Shown here in pieces: positions 29,678 to 32,000 of a stretch of DNA of 32,000 nucleotides. Position numbers and translations under genes: made by a program. Under the pieces are notes generated by a model that was not told the DNA's origin, ran no database searches, and worked only from the letters and a program-made list of their open reading frames with translations. The stretch spans positions 150,001 to 182,000 of the forward strand of contig ACYB01000046.1 of NCBI GenBank assembly GCA_000175855.1. Direction: 5' to 3'. Each line of letters begins with the position of its first letter. Within the stretch, counting starts at the first letter, position 1. This DNA comes from Raphidiopsis brookii D9. GTDB taxonomy: Bacteria; Cyanobacteriota; Cyanobacteriia; Cyanobacteriales; Nostocaceae.

Positions 29678-30502
29678 TTGAAGACACTTATTCATCCAAC
29701 TGCTGTAATACATCCTAACGCGGAACTCCACTCAACGGTGCAAGTAGGTGCCTATGCTGTGATTGGAGCGAATGTTCAAGTCGGACCAGAAACCGTTATT
29801 GGTGCCCATGCGGTGGTGGAAGGACCATGTAAAATTGGATCGGGAAATCACATTTTTCCAGGTGCTGTAATCGGTATGGAACCCCAAGACCTGAAATATG
29901 TGGGAGAACTATCTTGGGTTAAGATTGGTGATAATAATGCCATTCGTGAGTATGTGACTATTAACCGGGCTACGGGTCATGGTGAAGCAACAGTTATTGG
30001 TAATGGTAATCTGCTGATGGCTTATGTCCATGTGGGTCACAATTGCATAATTGAAGACTCAGTTATTATTGCTAACTCGGTAGCTTTGGCTGGTCATGTA
30101 CATATTGAGTCCCGAGCTAGACTCAGTGGGGTTTTGGGTGTTCACCAATTTGTCCACATTGGTGGTATGTCCATGATTGGGGGGATGACACGTATTGATC
30201 GGGATGTTCCTCCCTATATGTTAGTTGAAGGAAATCCATCCCGCATCCGATCACTCAATTTGGTAGGACTAAAGCGCTCAGGAATGCCGATAAATGAGTT
30301 TCAACTACTGAAAAAGGCTTTTCGTATTCTCTATTGCTCTAATGTGTTGTTTAAGGATGCTTTATCTGAGTTGGAACTATTAGGGGATACATCACAGCTA
30401 AAACATTTACGTCGGTTCTTGCTACTTTCACAAATGCCAGGAAGAAGGGGGTTGATTCCGGGGAAAAGTCCCACCAAAGGTAGTGACAATAATGAGTTGT
30501 GA
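29678..30502 (+). CDS. lpxA: acyl-ACP--UDP-N-acetylglucosamine O-acyltransferase
   Basis: Left-handed beta-helix hexapeptide repeats follow (TTG)KTLIHPTAVIHPNAELH. GGAGAG lies 8 nt upstream of the TTG start. Confidence 0.9.
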   Translation: MKTLIHPTAVIHPNAELHSTVQVGAYAVIGANVQVGPETVIGAHAVVEGPCKIGSGNHIFPGAVIGMEPQDLKYVGELSWVKIGDNNAIREYVTINRATGHGEATVIGNGNLLMAYVHVGHNCIIEDSVIIANSVALAGHVHIESRARLSGVLGVHQFVHIGGMSMIGGMTRIDRDVPPYMLVEGNPSRIRSLNLVGLKRSGMPINEFQLLKKAFRILYCSNVLFKDALSELELLGDTSQLKHLRRFLLLSQMPGRRGLIPGKSPTKGSDNNEL

Positions 30503-30533
30503 TTGGCTAGTTAGCTAGTCTTGACAAATTATG

Positions 30534-30606
30534 AATGATGAGTTTACTTATATTTATAAACTAGTACATTAAGTATACTAAACTAATATAATAAGTACTC
30601 ATCATT
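30534..30606. repeat. imperfect inverted repeat (AATGATGAGTttACTTA ... TAAGTACTCATCATT) in the lpxA-lpxB spacer
   Basis: Read directly. The arms are 15-17 nt, separated by about 41 nt of AT-rich sequence. TTGACA at 30521..30526 and TATAAT at 30628..30633 flank it. Confidence 0.6.
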
Positions 30607-30660
30607 TGGCTGAAATGCTAGAGCGCCTATAATGTCTAACTCATTTAAAATCTAAAGTTC

Positions 30661-31794
30661 ATGCGAGTATTTATCAGTACTGGGGAAGTTTCGGGAGATT
30701 TACAGGGTGCGATGTTAATCACAGCACTGAAAAATCAAGCTGCTACTTTGGGCTTGCCATTAGAGATAGTAGCACTAGGTGGATCCCAAATGGCTAAAGC
30801 TGGAGCAAGAGTTTTGGGGGATACTAGTGGTATTGGTTCCATGGGAATTGTGGAAGCATTGCCATATATCATACCAACTATTATGATGCAAAGACAGGCG
30901 ATCGCCTATTTAAAAAAAAATCCCCCGGATATCATAGTGTTAATTGACTACATGACCCCTAATATGGGGATTGGTAGTTATATGCAGCAGCATTTTCCCC
31001 AGGTTCCTGTAGTATATTACATTGCTCCTCAAGAATGGGTATGGTCAATGAGTTTAGACAGAACTAGGAAAATAGTCAATTTTACTGATAAGTTATTAGC
31101 AATTTTTCCGGAAGAAGCCCGTTATTATCAAGCGAAGGGAGCTAATGTTAATTGGGTGGGTCATCCTTTAGTGGATAAAATGGTCAACACACCTAGTCGT
31201 GAAAGTGCCAGAAAGATATTAGGCATTCAGGAGCAAGAATTGGCGATCGCCCTTTTACCCGCTTCCCGTCATCAAGAGTTGAAATATTTACTACCTGGGA
31301 TTTTCCAAGCGGCAAAAAATATACAATCACAGTTACCAAAAGCAAATTTTCTGATTCCCTTATCTTTAGAAAGATTTCGGGGAAAAGTTACCAGAGCGAT
31401 TAAGGATTATGGATTAAAAGCCAGAATATTTTCTGTAAACCAGCAGGAAATTTTTGCTGCTGCTGATCTGGCAATTACAAAATCTGGCACAGCCAATTTA
31501 GAGTTAGCTCTAGCGAATGTTCCTCAAGTAGTTGTTTATAGTCTGAGTCCCTTTACTGCTTGGGTTGGTAGAAAGATTCTGAAAGGATCAATTCCTTTTG
31601 CTTCCCCCGTAAATTTAGTTCTCATGCGAGAAATTGTGCCAGAGCTATTACAGGAAAAAGCAACAGCAGATAATATTACTAAAGCAGCAATGGAATTATT
31701 ATTAAACAGGGAAAAAAGAACAAAAAACTCTATTGGATTATCAAGAGATGCGTCAGTGTTTGGGAGAAGTAGGAGTTTGCGATCGCGCAGCTAA
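30661..31794 (+). CDS. lpxB: lipid-A-disaccharide synthase; the 3' end is probably frameshifted and the true stop is likely at 31814..31816
   Basis: MRVFISTGEVSGDLQGA is a typical LpxB N-terminus, with a GT-B fold throughout. After the A6 runs at 31712..31717 and 31722..31727 the tracked frame turns into an Arg/Ser-rich tail (SRDASVFGRSRSLRSRS). The +1 frame instead reads TLLDYQEMRQCLGEVGVCDRAAKEILAMI-stop, which looks like a genuine LpxB C-terminus. Confidence 0.85.
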   Translation: MRVFISTGEVSGDLQGAMLITALKNQAATLGLPLEIVALGGSQMAKAGARVLGDTSGIGSMGIVEALPYIIPTIMMQRQAIAYLKKNPPDIIVLIDYMTPNMGIGSYMQQHFPQVPVVYYIAPQEWVWSMSLDRTRKIVNFTDKLLAIFPEEARYYQAKGANVNWVGHPLVDKMVNTPSRESARKILGIQEQELAIALLPASRHQELKYLLPGIFQAAKNIQSQLPKANFLIPLSLERFRGKVTRAIKDYGLKARIFSVNQQEIFAAADLAITKSGTANLELALANVPQVVVYSLSPFTAWVGRKILKGSIPFASPVNLVLMREIVPELLQEKATADNITKAAMELLLNREKRTKNSIGLSRDASVFGRSRSLRSRS

Positions 31795-32000
31795 AGAGAT
31801 TTTAGCGATGATATAAATTGATTGGCTTGTGACCTATAAATAATAATCATTGACAACAGAAGTTGCCAGAATTTACACTTAATCATTGCTAATAATTACT
31901 GAGTTTTCCCCATCGTTCCTACTACTCTTACCGAGAAGTATTTTAAATAGTTGACTAATATGTTTGACACCGCTGAGAATAACTAAAGTTAATACTCCAC

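Noticed and set aside
31879-32000. Minus-strand frame open from the window edge (...GVLTLVILSGVKHISQLFKILLGKSSRNDGENSVIISND-stop)
   Set aside because: Only about 40 codons are visible and there is no recognisable motif. It may be the 3' end of a gene lying outside the window, but this cannot be supported.

Overview
This is a core chromosomal segment of a cyanobacterium, most likely a heterocystous Nostocales-type strain. The evidence is 11 copies of the HIP1 octamer GCGATCGC, heptamer STRR-like tandem repeats, an rca gene with an RbcS-like tail, and ndhM/ndhN. The minus strand from about 20.8 kb down to 0.05 kb carries one long housekeeping array. In transcription order it reads rplC-rplD-rplW-rplB-rpsS-rplV-rpsC-rplP-rpmC-rpsQ-rplN-rplX-rplE-rpsH-rplF-rplR-rpsE-rplO-secY-adk-infA-rpmJ-rpsM-rpsK-rpoA-rplQ-truA-rplM-rpsI-rpmE-prfA-gpmI-secG-rca. 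The plus strand from 21.6 to 31.8 kb carries ndhN, a Cys-containing membrane-anchored hypothetical, an ABC-F ATPase, ndhM, a Zn-ribbon/PP2C membrane phosphatase, and the lipid A cluster lpxC-fabZ-lpxA-lpxB. A 94-aa orphan lies on the minus strand between the ABC-F gene and ndhM. I found no mobile element, CRISPR array, tRNA or rRNA. The most notable result is four single-base homopolymer frameshifts in otherwise intact conserved genes: rca, the essential rpsH, ndhN, and the lpxB 3' end. These are either systematic homopolymer assembly errors or early gene erosion, possibly with slippage rescue. Secondary observations are an 865-bp hairpin-rich non-coding region between rplC and ndhN, heptamer tandem repeats in many ribosomal-operon spacers, a phased triple repeat upstream of the ABC-F gene, and a PP2C gene abutting lpxC. 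I see no convincing novel multi-gene system; the window is mostly ordinary core genome.
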